DNA of 64,000 bases from Gammaproteobacteria bacterium. Lineage in GTDB: Bacteria; Pseudomonadota; Gammaproteobacteria; Ga0077536. The DNA is taken from NCBI GenBank assembly GCA_963662545.2, contig CAXXLL010000002.1, positions 448,001 through 512,000 on the forward strand, read 5' to 3'. Positions 1-12,696 of the stretch are shown piece by piece. Position 1 is the stretch's first letter. Every line of letters begins with the position of its first letter. The translations under genes were made by a program, and so were the position numbers. Below the pieces are notes generated by a model. The model was not told the DNA's origin, did no database searches, and worked only from the letters and a program-made list of their open reading frames with translations.

Positions 1-1
1 C

Positions 2-1483
2 GAGGGCGCCGGCGCTGCACCCACGATGTGGGGCGACAGCCGTGGCTTCGGTGCGTACCTCGGCACGATCCCCGACTACACGGCGATGGAATCTGCCGAA
101 GGCGGCGTCCTTCTTGCCGACGTGCGCAAGGGCGGTCCGGCGGACCTCGCTGGTATCCGCGGGCGAGATAGGATCGTCAAGATGGCGGGGACGCGTATCG
201 AGAACCTTTACGACATGACGTACGCGCTGCAAGACAGCAAACCCGGGCAGACGATCGAGGTCGTTGTGGTACGGGACGACAAGGACCTCCGGTTCCTGTC
301 GACGCTCGGGGATAGAGCCGCCATGGCGAAGCAAGGGGAAGAGGGTGAAGCCGAGAAGGATCGCGACCCCGCGGCCATGCACCCGTCTCTGCCTGCGGCC
401 CCGCCACCAAAGGAGGCGGTAGTCGCCGCAGCGGAGGATGTCGCCGCGTTCTATCGCGGCCGACCTGGCGACGACTTTCGCGTTGGGGCGGGCAAGCCAT
501 TTCTCGACACGGTCGAGCACGAAAGGCACCTTGCTGAAATTCGCCAACTGACGTTCGGCGGGGAGAACGCCGAGGCGTACTTCAGTCCCGACGGCAGGCG
601 TCTCATCTATCAGGCGACGGTCCCCGGCGCAGACTGCGATCAGCAGTACGTCATGGATCTCGGCACTGGAGATTCCGAGCTGGTGTCCTCCGGCAAGGGA
701 CGCACCACGTGCGGCTATTTCGACTGGCCCGAGGGCGACCGGATCGTCTACGCGTCCACCGAGACGGCCGGCGACGAGTGCCCACTGCCGCCCGACCACT
801 CGCGCGGTTACGTCTGGGCCTTGTACGACACGTTCGACATCTTCGAGGCGCGCCCCGACGGCTCGGGAGCGCGTCGCCTCACTGAAAGTCCGGGCTACGA
901 CGCCGAGGCGACGTGGTGTCACCGCGGCGGGGAGATGGTCTTCACGTCGATGCGCGACGGTGATCTGGATCTCTACGCGATGGACGAGGCGGGCAACGTG
1001 AGGCGACTGACGCAAGAGGAGGGATACGACGGCGGCGCGTTCTTCAGCCCCGACTGCTCCGAGATCGTCTGGCGAGCGAGCCGCCCAGAAGGCGAAGACC
1101 TGGTGGCGTACCGCCGGCTCCTGTCCCAGAACCTGATCCGGCCGACGGCTCTGGAGATCTTCGTTATGAACGCCGATGGTTCGGCCATTCGTCAACTCAC
1201 GGCCAACGGTGCCGCCAACTTTTGTCCGACCTTCACGGCGGACGGCTCGAAGATCGTCTACGCCTCCAACTATGCCTTCGAGGCGGGCGCCGCGCGTCCC
1301 CGCGAGTTCGATCTGTGGCTCGTGGACAAGGCGGGCGGTGAGTCCGAGCAGGTCACGTTCGCGCGAGGCTTCGATGGCTTTCCGCAATTCAGCCCCGACG
1401 GTCGCTGGCTCGTGTGGGCTTCGAACCGAGCCGATCCGGGGTCGGGCGAGACGAACATCTTCATTGCACGATGGGTGCCGTGA
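2..1483 (+). CDS. PDZ domain + TolB-like (PD40) beta-propeller protein, 5'-truncated by the window edge (probably the C-terminal part of an M28 peptidase fusion)
   Basis: The frame is open from base 2. PDZ motif YLGTIPDY...GGPADLAGI; repeated PD40 motifs (AYFSPDG, FFSPD, TFTADG, QFSPDG). Confidence 0.8.
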   Translation, partial: EGAGAAPTMWGDSRGFGAYLGTIPDYTAMESAEGGVLLADVRKGGPADLAGIRGRDRIVKMAGTRIENLYDMTYALQDSKPGQTIEVVVVRDDKDLRFLSTLGDRAAMAKQGEEGEAEKDRDPAAMHPSLPAAPPPKEAVVAAAEDVAAFYRGRPGDDFRVGAGKPFLDTVEHERHLAEIRQLTFGGENAEAYFSPDGRRLIYQATVPGADCDQQYVMDLGTGDSELVSSGKGRTTCGYFDWPEGDRIVYASTETAGDECPLPPDHSRGYVWALYDTFDIFEARPDGSGARRLTESPGYDAEATWCHRGGEMVFTSMRDGDLDLYAMDEAGNVRRLTQEEGYDGGAFFSPDCSEIVWRASRPEGEDLVAYRRLLSQNLIRPTALEIFVMNADGSAIRQLTANGAANFCPTFTADGSKIVYASNYAFEAGAARPREFDLWLVDKAGGESEQVTFARGFDGFPQFSPDGRWLVWASNRADPGSGETNIFIARWVP

Positions 1484-1705
1484 TCGGCGTCGGGCTGTGC
1501 GATCGCGCCCATGTTCCTGACGGTCTCACCTGGAGTATAGGAAGAGCAAGAGTATAGGGAGAACAACGCCCCAATTCACAGGTATCGGCGCGCAAAACGT
1601 AGCGCCCGATAGGAGCTGCATGGCCGATTGAGCATGGGACTATCAGTCGTACGATTGGGATATCCGAGATGAAAAGCAACGTAAGAACATCAGAACGTCA
1701 GTGAC

Positions 1706-1731
1706 AGGAACCCGCTTTGGCGGGTTTCTTG
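1706..1731. terminator. Hairpin, probable intrinsic terminator
   Basis: GGAACCCGC-TTTG-GCGGGTTTC followed by T residues. Confidence 0.5.
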
Positions 1732-2396
1732 TTGCCTGCGCGATGTCCGTTGCTGGCCGAGGCTGTGTCAAAAGTCGAAAAATGCACGACGCCGCGAAAA
1801 TATTTCCCACTAAGGTTGTTATGAACGGCTGATTAAGGGACGGCACCCTTTAACTTAAGCGAATCGGGCTAAACTTCTCCCACTTTCAAAATTCGAAAAT
1901 ACTTTTGACACAGCCTCGGCCGAAAGCCGCCATGCTCACTTGAGGGATTCGCATCACCGGTAACGGCTGCTTTCGGGCTAAGCGGACGTGGAGTTAAGCG
2001 ATGGCTTCTCATTCCTGTTCCCAATCCTTCGGCCAAAATTTCCTCCGCGCCCATATCCACACCCACCATAACGCTGCCATCCAGAACGTAAAAGCCATTG
2101 CTCTCTGCAACGGGTTTGATTCTGGTGCTCCGGCGGCAATCCAATAACCGAATCTAGCCCCTATGAGATTGCTTTGGGCGATGGAGACGAAAAGGGTCGC
2201 TTTGTAAGTCGCTTGATCTTTCATACGTGTAGCTTCGCTTACTCTCGCACTCAGTTCGTCGGTGAATAATATGCCGCAGTACAGGGGAGCCCGGAAATGT
2301 TCCGAGATATGTGCTTTTGGTACAGTTTGCTTTGAAATTGTTTTCAGCAAAATCAATACTTAGCGGCGTAAGAATGGCGATACAGGAGCAAACTGA

Positions 2397-2669
2397 ATGG
2401 CTTGGACCGAAGAACGTCGGAAACAACAAGCGGAGATATGCCGCAAGAACAAACCGTGGTTGAAAAGTACCGGACCAAAGACGTTGCAGGGTAAAGCTAC
2501 GGTTGCTTTAAATGCCCGAAAATATAAGGAATGGTTTCACGAAGAAGCAATCGAGCGGCGACGCTCATTATTTGAACGACAAAAGGAACGGTTGAGATTA
2601 CTTCATCGGGAGAATTTTGAATTAAAGCTCAAATTGCAGAAATACGAATCCGACGCCTTGGGTGATTAA
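2397..2669 (+). CDS. Small phage/island protein with an HGGxSTG-like motif
   Basis: KPWLKSTGPKTLQGKATVALNARK resembles the STGPKT..GK..S..NA motif of mobile-element proteins. Confidence 0.55.
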   Translation: MAWTEERRKQQAEICRKNKPWLKSTGPKTLQGKATVALNARKYKEWFHEEAIERRRSLFERQKERLRLLHRENFELKLKLQKYESDALGD

Positions 2670-3255
2670 ATCCGAAGATTGGTGCTTCTTCGCGCGAACC
2701 CTAAATATCCAATCCCTGTTAAACCTGACGCCAGCATCGGAAGGGCCGCGGGTATGGTTACGAAAGAAACCTCCATGTTATCGAGATAAGGCGACGCTAA
2801 TTCGCCGATTCCGCTGATGGTGAGCCGGGTCATGTTATCGCCCGTTACCGTCAATCGCGTTCTAAACTTGTGGCGGCATCGGATTATTAGGCGCCGCAAA
2901 TTGTACGTCCTCTCCGACGCGGAAAAAGTCGATCGTTGACGGTGGACCTGGAAGGAACTGAAAGTCCAGCGGAGATAGTCGCACCCCGTGATTACCAATA
3001 ACTACGACATCAAGCGACACTTGAGTCACAGGTCGAGCGAAATCTAAGATTACTGGTCCGGCGGAAAACGGGTCTTGGCTCATCCCCAAAGTACCGAATT
3101 CCACAAAATCAGGTTCGCCGCTCGGCGCAGTGATGTATACCGCGTTTTGGAAAACGATATCGGCGGTATTCTCAACAAGAAAAAATGTAGACGGATTTCC
3201 AGGAATCTGGGCTGTGCCGTCCTCAAAGTCGAGAGTAACTGCGTTTGCGTAGGTT

Positions 3256-4678
3256 CATAGGTCGGATCTTATAAGCCGTTGAAAAGAGGGAACCAAAAGC
3301 GCTCCATCCGATCAGATCATGAAATCAACACCAATCGACTTCGTGATCTGGGAGTATCGGATGAAGCACAGCGAAATTAGCACAGTGAGCCGGCAGTTAA
3401 AACGCACGCTAGGCGAGCGTACGCTCAACGACTTGGGGCGTGCAACGCGATTCTGTCGCCGAGAAAGGGAGGTCACGCCGTTCCGTTTAGCGGTAAGCCT
3501 AATCGAAAGCTTCGCCGGGCACTCAGCGAGCTGTATCGCTGATATTCAACGCGCTTTCAATGCGCTGTGCTCGACCACGGTGCGCTACAAACCGTTTCAT
3601 AATCAGCTCGCCAAAAAACAGTTTCCGATGTTTATGCAAGCGCTGCTAAGCGAATTGCTCAATGGCCTGGCCTGCGATGTCCTCCGATTCGAACCCAACA
3701 GCCCATTTGCGCAGTTTGACCACATCCGCATCCAGGACGGCACCTCGTTTGCGTTAAAACCGGCGCTGAAGGACAGCTTTCCCGGTCGCTTCACGACCGT
3801 GAGTCCCGCCGCGGTAGAACTCCATGCCGATCTCGACCTGCTCAGTGAGACCCTGAACGAGGTCGTACTCAGCCCTGACAGCTCAGCAGAGCGGCAGTTC
3901 TTGCCGGCCGTTGAAGAGGTCGCTGGTGGTTTGCTGCTGGCCGACCGTGGCTACTTCGCGCGGCCTTACTTTGAAGCGCTCGACACCGCCGGCGGCTATT
4001 TCATCGTGCGCGCGGGTCAAGGTATCAATCCGCTGATCGTTGCCGCTCGTCGCGCCGATGGGCGGCGGGTCAAACGCTTTGACAAGCAGCGATTGAAAGC
4101 GGTGGCATCGACCTTAAAGCGCTTCGATTGCCTCGACATGGTCGTGCAATTCGACGGCGTGCAGGGACCCTGGACCTGTCGTTTAGTCGTGCACCCCAAC
4201 CTTAAAAAAGGTGCAGCACCTCGTTATCTCATCACCAATCTCGACGCCACCACCTTTACGCCCGAGCATATTAGCGACGCGTATCGATTACGCTGGCAGG
4301 TCGAGCTGCTATTCAAAGAGTGGAAGTCTTACGCCAATCTACACGCCTTTGATACCGCCAACCCGCACATCGCCGAAGGGCTTATCTGGGCCGCACTATG
4401 CGCCGCAACGCTGCAGCGCTATTGCGCTCATGTCACCGAGCGCTGGTTGAACGTCGCCATCTCGACTCATACCGCGGCCAAGTGCATTCATCACGTGCTC
4501 GGTCCCATTCTCCATACGCTTATCCATCGGCCCCGCTCTTTACACCGACCGCTCGAACACGCGTTGCGCTATTTGGCCAGCAACGCTCAGCGCGCAAAAC
4601 CTGACCGCGATTGCATTTCGGGACGACTCAAGCTCGGCCTTCAGCATGTTCATGCGGCCGCTTAAGAACTAACCTATG
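3256..4678 (+). mobile_element. IS4-family insertion sequence
   Basis: Imperfect terminal IRs (CATAGGTCGGATCTTA vs CATAGGTTAGTTCTTA as reverse complement). 10-bp target duplication TGCGTAGGTT at 3246-3255 and 4679-4688. Confidence 0.92.
3361..4665 (+). CDS. IS4-family DDE transposase
   Basis: IQDGT, LADRGY and YRLRWQVELLFKEWK (YREK signature). Alternative start at 3319. Confidence 0.92.
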   Translation: MKHSEISTVSRQLKRTLGERTLNDLGRATRFCRREREVTPFRLAVSLIESFAGHSASCIADIQRAFNALCSTTVRYKPFHNQLAKKQFPMFMQALLSELLNGLACDVLRFEPNSPFAQFDHIRIQDGTSFALKPALKDSFPGRFTTVSPAAVELHADLDLLSETLNEVVLSPDSSAERQFLPAVEEVAGGLLLADRGYFARPYFEALDTAGGYFIVRAGQGINPLIVAARRADGRRVKRFDKQRLKAVASTLKRFDCLDMVVQFDGVQGPWTCRLVVHPNLKKGAAPRYLITNLDATTFTPEHISDAYRLRWQVELLFKEWKSYANLHAFDTANPHIAEGLIWAALCAATLQRYCAHVTERWLNVAISTHTAAKCIHHVLGPILHTLIHRPRSLHRPLEHALRYLASNAQRAKPDRDCISGRLKLGLQHVHAAA

Positions 4679-4845
4679 TGCGTAGGTTAAGTTCAGCTCA
4701 AAAAATGTTAGGAGCGCCGTGATCAACACATTTAGCGCCGCTTTTTTCATTGCCGAAATCTACCCCCGTGGACTTATCGTGGACTTACACAAGGCCGTCC
4801 AAACATTTCGATGGCCGCGTTGCGTTGGTAACCTGCTGATTAATT

Positions 4846-4922
4846 TGGTCGGGGTGACAGGATTCGAACCTACGACCCCTGCCTCCCGAAGGCAGTGCTC
4901 TACCAGGCTGAGCTACACCCCG
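4846..4922 (-). tRNA. tRNA-Pro(CGG)
   Basis: Reverse complement CGGGGTGTAGCTCAGCCTGGTAGAGC...CTGCC-TTCGGGA-GGCAG...GGTTCGAATCC...CCCCGACCA; 77 nt with encoded CCA. Confidence 0.97.
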
Positions 4923-4943
4923 ACTGTTTGGAACGCGCTGGTT

Positions 4944-5942
4944 CTACGAATTGCGGTGGACGGCGAACTCTACCAGGGCTTCGAGTGCATCTCGGTAGGG
5001 GGATTTCGGGATCGCGGCGCACGCCGTCCGCGCTTTTTCGGCCTCGGCCTCAGCGCGCGCGAAAGTGTAGGCGATGGCACCGGTCGATTCAATTGCGCGG
5101 GAGATCTCCTCGATGCGGTCCCGGCCGCCCTCGACGATGGCTTCGCGGACGATCGCGGCCTGCTCGCTGGTGCCGTTCCACATCGCGTAGAGCAGGGGCA
5201 GCGTGGGTTTGCCTTCCGCGAGGTCGTCACCGATGTTTTTGCCGAGGTCCTCGGGCGAGGCGCTGTAGTCGAGGGCGTCGTCGACGAGTTGAAAAGCGGT
5301 ACCGATGTGGCGGCCGTAAGCGCCCATCGCGTGCTCGAACTCGCTTTCCCGGCCCGCGATCACGGCGCCCAGGATTGCCGCCGCTTCGAAGAGCTTTGCC
5401 GTCTTGTTGTGAATCGTGGTCAGGTAGCGTTCCTCGGTCGTGCCCGGGTCGCGGCAGTTGATGAGCTGCATCACCTCGCCCTCGGCAATGGTATTGGTCG
5501 CATCGGCGAGGATTTCGAGTACGCGAATGTCCTGCAGATCCACCATCATTTGGAACGCGCGCGAATAGAGGAAATCGCCGACGAGAACACTGGCCTCGTT
5601 GCCCCAGACGAGATTTGCGGTCTCCCGCCCGCGGCGCATTTTCGAGGCGTCGACCACGTCGTCGTGCAACAGGGTGGCGGTATGGATCAGCTCGACGATA
5701 ACCGCCACCTCTCTATGACGCGTTCCGTCGTAGCCCGCCGCCTTGGCGCTCAACAGCGCCAGCAACGGGCGCAGGCGCTTGCCGCCGCTGCCGATGATGT
5801 AGTGGCTGAGTTGGTTGATCAGCACGACGTTGGAATAAAGGCGGGCCTTGATCAGCCGGTCGACGGCGGTAAGATCGTCGCCGACGAGTCGGCGCAGATC
5901 ATCGATTTCAGGTTTGGTTTGGGTTTCTTCCAAGGCGGTCAC
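4944..5942 (-). CDS. ispB: Octaprenyl-diphosphate synthase (polyprenyl synthetase)
   Basis: [15 protein letters not shown] (FARM) and FQLVDD (SARM); divergent from rplU as usual. Start taken as GTG at 5942. Confidence 0.93.
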   Translation of the reverse strand: MTALEETQTKPEIDDLRRLVGDDLTAVDRLIKARLYSNVVLINQLSHYIIGSGGKRLRPLLALLSAKAAGYDGTRHREVAVIVELIHTATLLHDDVVDASKMRRGRETANLVWGNEASVLVGDFLYSRAFQMMVDLQDIRVLEILADATNTIAEGEVMQLINCRDPGTTEERYLTTIHNKTAKLFEAAAILGAVIAGRESEFEHAMGAYGRHIGTAFQLVDDALDYSASPEDLGKNIGDDLAEGKPTLPLLYAMWNGTSEQAAIVREAIVEGGRDRIEEISRAIESTGAIAYTFARAEAEAEKARTACAAIPKSPYRDALEALVEFAVHRNS

Positions 5943-6099
5943 TAATGGGCATTGGTCGGGATCAGCCACCGGATCTTGCCAAGAGCAGGGGGAAAATGCC
6001 ATTTTCGGCGCCCCGATCTTGTCTCGCAAAGGCGAATTCCGTAAAATCGCGCGCTTATTTGGGGTCCCAGGACCCGGATTCACCCGGCAGGTTATCGTA

Positions 6100-6414
6100 A
6101 TGCAGGCAGTCATCAAAACCGGCGGAAAGCAGTACCGCGTCAGCGAAGGGGACAAGCTGAACGTCGAAAGTCTTGCCGCGGGCGCCGGCGAAGACGTCGA
6201 ATTCGCCGAGGTCCTGATGCTGGACGACGACGATAATATCGAAATCGGTACCCCTTTTGTCGAGGGCGCGAAGGTCACGGCCAAGGTCGTCGAGCACGGC
6301 CGCGGCGAGAAGATTCTCATTGTGAAATTCAAGCGCCGCAAGCACTACCTCAGGCGTAAGGGCCATCGGCAGAACTATACCCGGGTCGAGATCACAGGAG
6401 TCAGCAGGGGCTAG
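6100..6414 (+). CDS. rplU: 50S ribosomal protein L21
   Basis: [14 protein letters not shown]...[14 protein letters not shown]. Confidence 0.98.
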   Translation: MQAVIKTGGKQYRVSEGDKLNVESLAAGAGEDVEFAEVLMLDDDDNIEIGTPFVEGAKVTAKVVEHGRGEKILIVKFKRRKHYLRRKGHRQNYTRVEITGVSRG

Positions 6415-6416
6415 CC

Positions 6417-6677
6417 ATGGCGCATAAGAAAGCCGGCGGCAGTACGCGCAATGGACGTGATTCGGAATCCAAACGACTCGGCGTCAAGCGCTACGGTGGC
6501 GAGTCGGTGCGCGCGGGCAGCATCATTGTCCGGCAAAGGGGTACGCATTTTCACCCCGGGATGAACGTTGGATGCGGACGCGATCACACGCTGTTCGCTA
6601 AGGCAGACGGGCAGGTGCGTTTCGAACGCAAGGGCCCGCGCCACAGAAGTTTTGTGAGTGTCGTTGTCAAACAATAA
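6417..6677 (+). CDS. rpmA: 50S ribosomal protein L27
   Basis: [24 protein letters not shown]. Confidence 0.99.
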   Translation: MAHKKAGGSTRNGRDSESKRLGVKRYGGESVRAGSIIVRQRGTHFHPGMNVGCGRDHTLFAKADGQVRFERKGPRHRSFVSVVVKQ

Positions 6678-6701
6678 CAACAACGCCAATTGAACACTTG
6701 C

Positions 6702-6727
6702 AACCCCGTCTTAGACGGGGTTTTTTC
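6702..6727 (+). terminator. Intrinsic terminator after rpmA
   Basis: AACCCCGTC-TTA-GACGGGGTT followed by a T run. Confidence 0.85.
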
Positions 6728-6761
6728 TGTCCGGACTCCAGTGTGCTGTCCCGAAGATTAA

Positions 6762-8958
<2,197 letters not shown>

Positions 8959-8998
8959 AAAATATTTCCGAGAATAATATTCCTGGATAACGGGTTAG

Positions 8999-9159
8999 GG
9001 AACCTCTGAATAAGTCATGGCACCTCTACCTTGCTTTTGAAATCGCGGAGCCTAACGTGACGAACCTTAGCCCTAGTCCCGCTATGGCCTGCGATTCGTG
9101 CCTCGATCTGCACCATTGCATGAACCATTCAGACCCACCATGACGTATTCAGAGGTTCT
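8999..9159. mobile_element. MITE family A, copy 1 (~160 bp, IS5-like ends)
   Basis: TIR GGAACCTCTGAATAAGTCATGG / CCATGACGTATTCAGAGGTTCT; flanks TTAG/TGAG; homologous to 56616-56778 and 63845-64000. Confidence 0.85.
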
Positions 9160-9172
9160 TGAGACGTCAGCA

Positions 9173-9199
9173 ACAAAAAGCCGGCTTCGAGCCGGCTTT
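9173..9199. terminator. Bidirectional terminator between proB and rpsT
   Basis: AAAAAAGCCGGC-TTCGA-GCCGGCTTT. Confidence 0.8.
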
Positions 9200-9237
9200 A
9201 TCAATCATATGGGCGGGTAAGATACGCGAGCTAGCGC

Positions 9238-9501
9238 TCAGGACATTGCCTTGATTCGGGAGTTCAACCTGGATTTATGGCGAGCCGCTTTGTTCTTGTG
9301 AATGATGTTGTCGCCGGCCATGCGGTCGATGATCGGCACCGCTTTCGCGTATGCGGCTATCGCCTGTTCTTTGTCGCCCGCTGCGATGGCATTCACGACC
9401 TGCTTGATTCGGGTGCGTAAGAGCGAGCGGCGAGAGATGTTGTGAATGCGGCGTTTTTCGGATTGGCGGGCGCGCTTGCGCGCCTGGGAGGAATTAGCCA
9501 A
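9238..9501 (-). CDS. rpsT: 30S ribosomal protein S20
   Basis: TTG start; [12 protein letters not shown]...[13 protein letters not shown]. Confidence 0.97.
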   Translation of the reverse strand: MANSSQARKRARQSEKRRIHNISRRSLLRTRIKQVVNAIAAGDKEQAIAAYAKAVPIIDRMAGDNIIHKNKAARHKSRLNSRIKAMS

Positions 9502-9686
9502 TGGACGGTCTCCGGGGATCCTGAAAGGCGCGCAACTATGCTCATTCACGTGCTCATTGTCAATGTTGCCGTGATCCAGGCCGCGTTTATTGCGGCGTAT
9601 AATCCCGCGTCGACGCCCCGTGCGTAACTCTGGGGATTGGGACACTGACTTCGAAACTCTTACGGTCGACCACCGTCGTCGGCCAG

Positions 9687-11186
9687 ATGACGCTCATTTC
9701 GCGCGTTCTCGGTTTCGTTCGGGATGTCGTCATTGCGCGGTTGTTTGGCACCAGCCTCGCGGCGGACGCGTTTTTTATCGCGTTCAAGATTCCGAATCTC
9801 TTCCGCAGACTGTTTGCTGAAGGGGCATTCTCGCAGGCTTTCGTGCCAGTACTGGCCGAATACCGCGAGAAGGACGGCGATCCCGCGGTTGGGGATTTGA
9901 TCGACGCGACGAGTGGCACTCTGGCGATTGTACTCCTGGTAGTCGTCGCCATCGGTGTCATCGCTGCACCGCTTGTAATCGCCGTGTTTGCGCCGGGGTT
10001 CATTCAGGATACGGACAAGCTCGAGCTTGCTACGGCGCTCCTGCGATTTACTTTTCCGTACCTGTTCTTCATCTCGCTCACTGCACTAGCGGGTTCGGTA
10101 CTCAATACATACGGGCGGTTCGCGGTACCTGCAATCACGCCCGTGCTGCTCAATGTGTCACTGATCTTCGCCGCGATATCACTTTCGCCGCGGCTCGATC
10201 AACCCGTAATGGCACTAGCCATAGGGGTTCTCGTCGGCGGAATCGCGCAGCTCGCGTTGCAGCTAGCAGCGCTCTGGCGCCTCGGATTCGTGCCTAAACC
10301 CATCGTTGCATTCACCAATGAGGGCGTCAGGAAAATACTGCGCCTGATGGGTCCGGCGATGTTCGGAGTCTCGGTCGCACAGATCAATCTCATGTTCGAT
10401 ACCTTGATCGCGTCTTTCCTGCAGACGGGCAGCATCTCATGGCTTTATTACTCTGATCGCTTAGTAGAATTTCCGCTCGGCGTGTTCGGTATCGCACTGG
10501 CGACGGTGATCCTGCCGACCCTGTCCGCCCGGCACAGCGAAAGCGATCCGAAATCGTTTTCAGCGACACTCGATTGGGCGCTGCGGTGGGTTTTCCTCAT
10601 CGGCCTTCCCGCCGCGGTCGGTCTCGTGGTACTAGCCGCGCCCATGTTGAGCACGCTCTTTCAATATGGCGCGCTCGACGAACGTGATGTTGTCATGGCC
10701 TCGCGTAGTCTCGTCGCGTATTCGAGCGGCCTGATGGGTTTCATGCTCATCAAGGTGCTGGCGCCGGGATTCTTCGCACGCCAGGATACGCGCACGCCCG
10801 TGCGCATCGGCGTCATTGCGATGGTTGCGAATATGGTGATGAACCTCGTGTTCGTCTTTCCCCTGGCGCATGCGGGCCTCGCGTTGGCGACTGCGCTCTC
10901 GGCTTATATCAACGCGGCGTTGCTGTTTCGCGCCTTGCGGCGGAGCGGCGTATATCGTTCGAATACGGCTTGGCGACCGTATTTTATACGCGTTGGGCTG
11001 GCCGGCATCGCGATGGCATTGGTGCTGTGCTTGAGCGTCAAACCGGTATCGGTATGGAGCGCGTGGGATGTCTGGACGCGAGCCGGCCAGCTCTCGCTCT
11101 GGATCGCCGTTGGCGCAGGGACTTATTTCGCGGTTCTCTGGATTTGTGGGCTGAGGCCGCGCGATATGGCGATGCAGGTGCCCTGA
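9687..11186 (+). CDS. murJ: Lipid II flippase MurJ (MviN)
   Basis: [31 protein letters not shown]. The true start may be CTG at 9645. Confidence 0.96.
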   Translation: MTLISRVLGFVRDVVIARLFGTSLAADAFFIAFKIPNLFRRLFAEGAFSQAFVPVLAEYREKDGDPAVGDLIDATSGTLAIVLLVVVAIGVIAAPLVIAVFAPGFIQDTDKLELATALLRFTFPYLFFISLTALAGSVLNTYGRFAVPAITPVLLNVSLIFAAISLSPRLDQPVMALAIGVLVGGIAQLALQLAALWRLGFVPKPIVAFTNEGVRKILRLMGPAMFGVSVAQINLMFDTLIASFLQTGSISWLYYSDRLVEFPLGVFGIALATVILPTLSARHSESDPKSFSATLDWALRWVFLIGLPAAVGLVVLAAPMLSTLFQYGALDERDVVMASRSLVAYSSGLMGFMLIKVLAPGFFARQDTRTPVRIGVIAMVANMVMNLVFVFPLAHAGLALATALSAYINAALLFRALRRSGVYRSNTAWRPYFIRVGLAGIAMALVLCLSVKPVSVWSAWDVWTRAGQLSLWIAVGAGTYFAVLWICGLRPRDMAMQVP

Positions 11187-11240
11187 GTATAATGGCGTCC
11201 CGCTTCTCGCGACCCGACGCCATACCTCATCCTGCCTGCC

Positions 11241-12173
11241 ATGGAGCTAATACGCGGCATACATAACATTCGACCGGAACACCACGGTTGTGTCGCAACG
11301 ATTGGGAATTACGACGGCGTACATCTCGGGCATACCGAAATTATCAAACGCCTCAAGCGTCGAGCAAAGCGCCACGGAGTTTCCAGCGTCGTCATCATCT
11401 TCGAACCGCAACCCGAGGAATTCTTCATTCACGATGAATGCCCGGCCCGGTTGTCGCGCCTACGCGAGAAATTTCATTTGATCGCTGAGCGCGGCGTCGA
11501 TCGGCTGCTCGTATTCAAGTTCAACCGGCTCCTGGCAACGCTCAAGCCCGAGCATTTCGTGCGCAACTTGCTGGTCGATAAGCTGGGTGTCAAGGCGCTG
11601 ATCATCGGCGACGATTTCAAGTTCGGCCGCGCCCGCCGCGGCAACTTCAAAACGCTGCTCAATTTGGGCCGTGCTTACGATTTCGAGGTCGAGCAGACGC
11701 CGGCCTTCCTGTTCATCGGCAAGCGGATCAGCAGTACCTCGATCCGGTCTCTGCTGCATCATGGCTACATGAAAGAAGCGGAACGGATGCTGGGCCACCC
11801 TTATTGTATGGAAGGCCGGGTCGTATATGGCCATCGACGTGGGCGCGAATGGGGTTTCCCCACCGCGAACCTCGATTTACATCGAGTGGAAAGCCCTGTT
11901 TCCGGGATCTTCGCGGTCAAGGTCCACGGGCTTGCCGAAGAACCGTTGAAGGCCGTCGCCTACGCCGGCACGAGACCGATCATTGACGATCCGCGCTCCG
12001 TACTCGAGGTGCACATATTCGACTACGATGCGGATTGTTACGGCGCGTACATCAAGGTGCAGTTCGTCGGCAAGATACGCGAAGATATCGAGTTCGAATC
12101 CTTTGACGTGATGGCGGAGCAGGTCAGGCGTGACTGCGACGCGGCTAAGGAGATTTTGTCTTTTGAATACTAG
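11241..12173 (+). CDS. ribF: Bifunctional riboflavin kinase/FAD synthetase
   Basis: GNYDGVHLGH, ISSTSIR, GFPTAN, LEVHIFD. Confidence 0.96.
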   Translation: MELIRGIHNIRPEHHGCVATIGNYDGVHLGHTEIIKRLKRRAKRHGVSSVVIIFEPQPEEFFIHDECPARLSRLREKFHLIAERGVDRLLVFKFNRLLATLKPEHFVRNLLVDKLGVKALIIGDDFKFGRARRGNFKTLLNLGRAYDFEVEQTPAFLFIGKRISSTSIRSLLHHGYMKEAERMLGHPYCMEGRVVYGHRRGREWGFPTANLDLHRVESPVSGIFAVKVHGLAEEPLKAVAYAGTRPIIDDPRSVLEVHIFDYDADCYGAYIKVQFVGKIREDIEFESFDVMAEQVRRDCDAAKEILSFEY

Positions 12174-12672
12174 CAGGCGGGTTGAGAGCCGCCGGCATCT
12201 GCGGTTCTGGCTAGGCCTTGCGCTGGGCATTTGTCTGCTGGACCAGGGCGTGAAGACCCTTGCCGGGGCGTATCTGACCTATGGGATCCCCGTGCCGATG
12301 CTCCCCGGTTTCAATTTGACCCTGCTGCACAACACGGGCGCAGCGTTCAGCCTCCTCGACGACGCTTCGGGCTGGCAGCGCTGGTTTTTTTCAGGCGTCG
12401 CCATCGTGGTCGGCATCGGTGTCGCCTTTTGGCTCTCAACGATGGACGCGAGTCAACGGTGGGCACCGTTGGCGCTGGCCCTCATCCTCGGCGGTGCATT
12501 CGGAAACTTGATCGACCGACTCTTGCTCGGCTATGTCGTTGACTTCATCGAGGTCTACTACGATCGATGGTCCTGGCCCGCCTTTAATGTCGCGGATGCG
12601 GCGATATCGGTCGGTGCCGTGATGCTGATCATTCGCGGCCCGCATTCCCGCACCTCACCCAGTACGGACTAG
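12163..12672 (+). CDS. lspA: Lipoprotein signal peptidase II
   Basis: LDQ..K, HNTGAAFS, GNLIDR, VVDFI, AFNVAD. Start is uncertain (TTG near 12163). Confidence 0.94.
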   Translation: MNTSRRVESRRHLRFWLGLALGICLLDQGVKTLAGAYLTYGIPVPMLPGFNLTLLHNTGAAFSLLDDASGWQRWFFSGVAIVVGIGVAFWLSTMDASQRWAPLALALILGGAFGNLIDRLLLGYVVDFIEVYYDRWSWPAFNVADAAISVGAVMLIIRGPHSRTSPSTD

Positions 12673-12696
12673 ATAGTGTCCGTACAGAAAGAATAA

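Larger units (their letters stand above)
2666..4750 (-). pseudogene. PEP-CTERM/VPLPA-CTERM surface protein split by IS4 and frameshifted
   Basis: ATG at 4750 encodes the signal peptide MKKAALNVLITALLTFFELNLTYA. Removing the IS and one TSD copy joins it in frame to NAVTLDFEDG...(3245 downward). The C-terminal sorting segment VTIPAALPMLASGLTGIGYLGFARR (ends 2666) is in another frame. Confidence 0.75.

Noticed and set aside
1500-3250. Second att copy of tRNA-Pro or an integrase for the left island
   Set aside because: None was found by eye in the window, so the island's boundary cannot be defined.
4719-6341. ORFs 4719-5945(+) and 4895-5461(+), and the long N-terminal extension of 4944-6341(-)
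   Set aside because: These are shadow frames of ispB, tRNA-Pro and rplU in GC-rich DNA.
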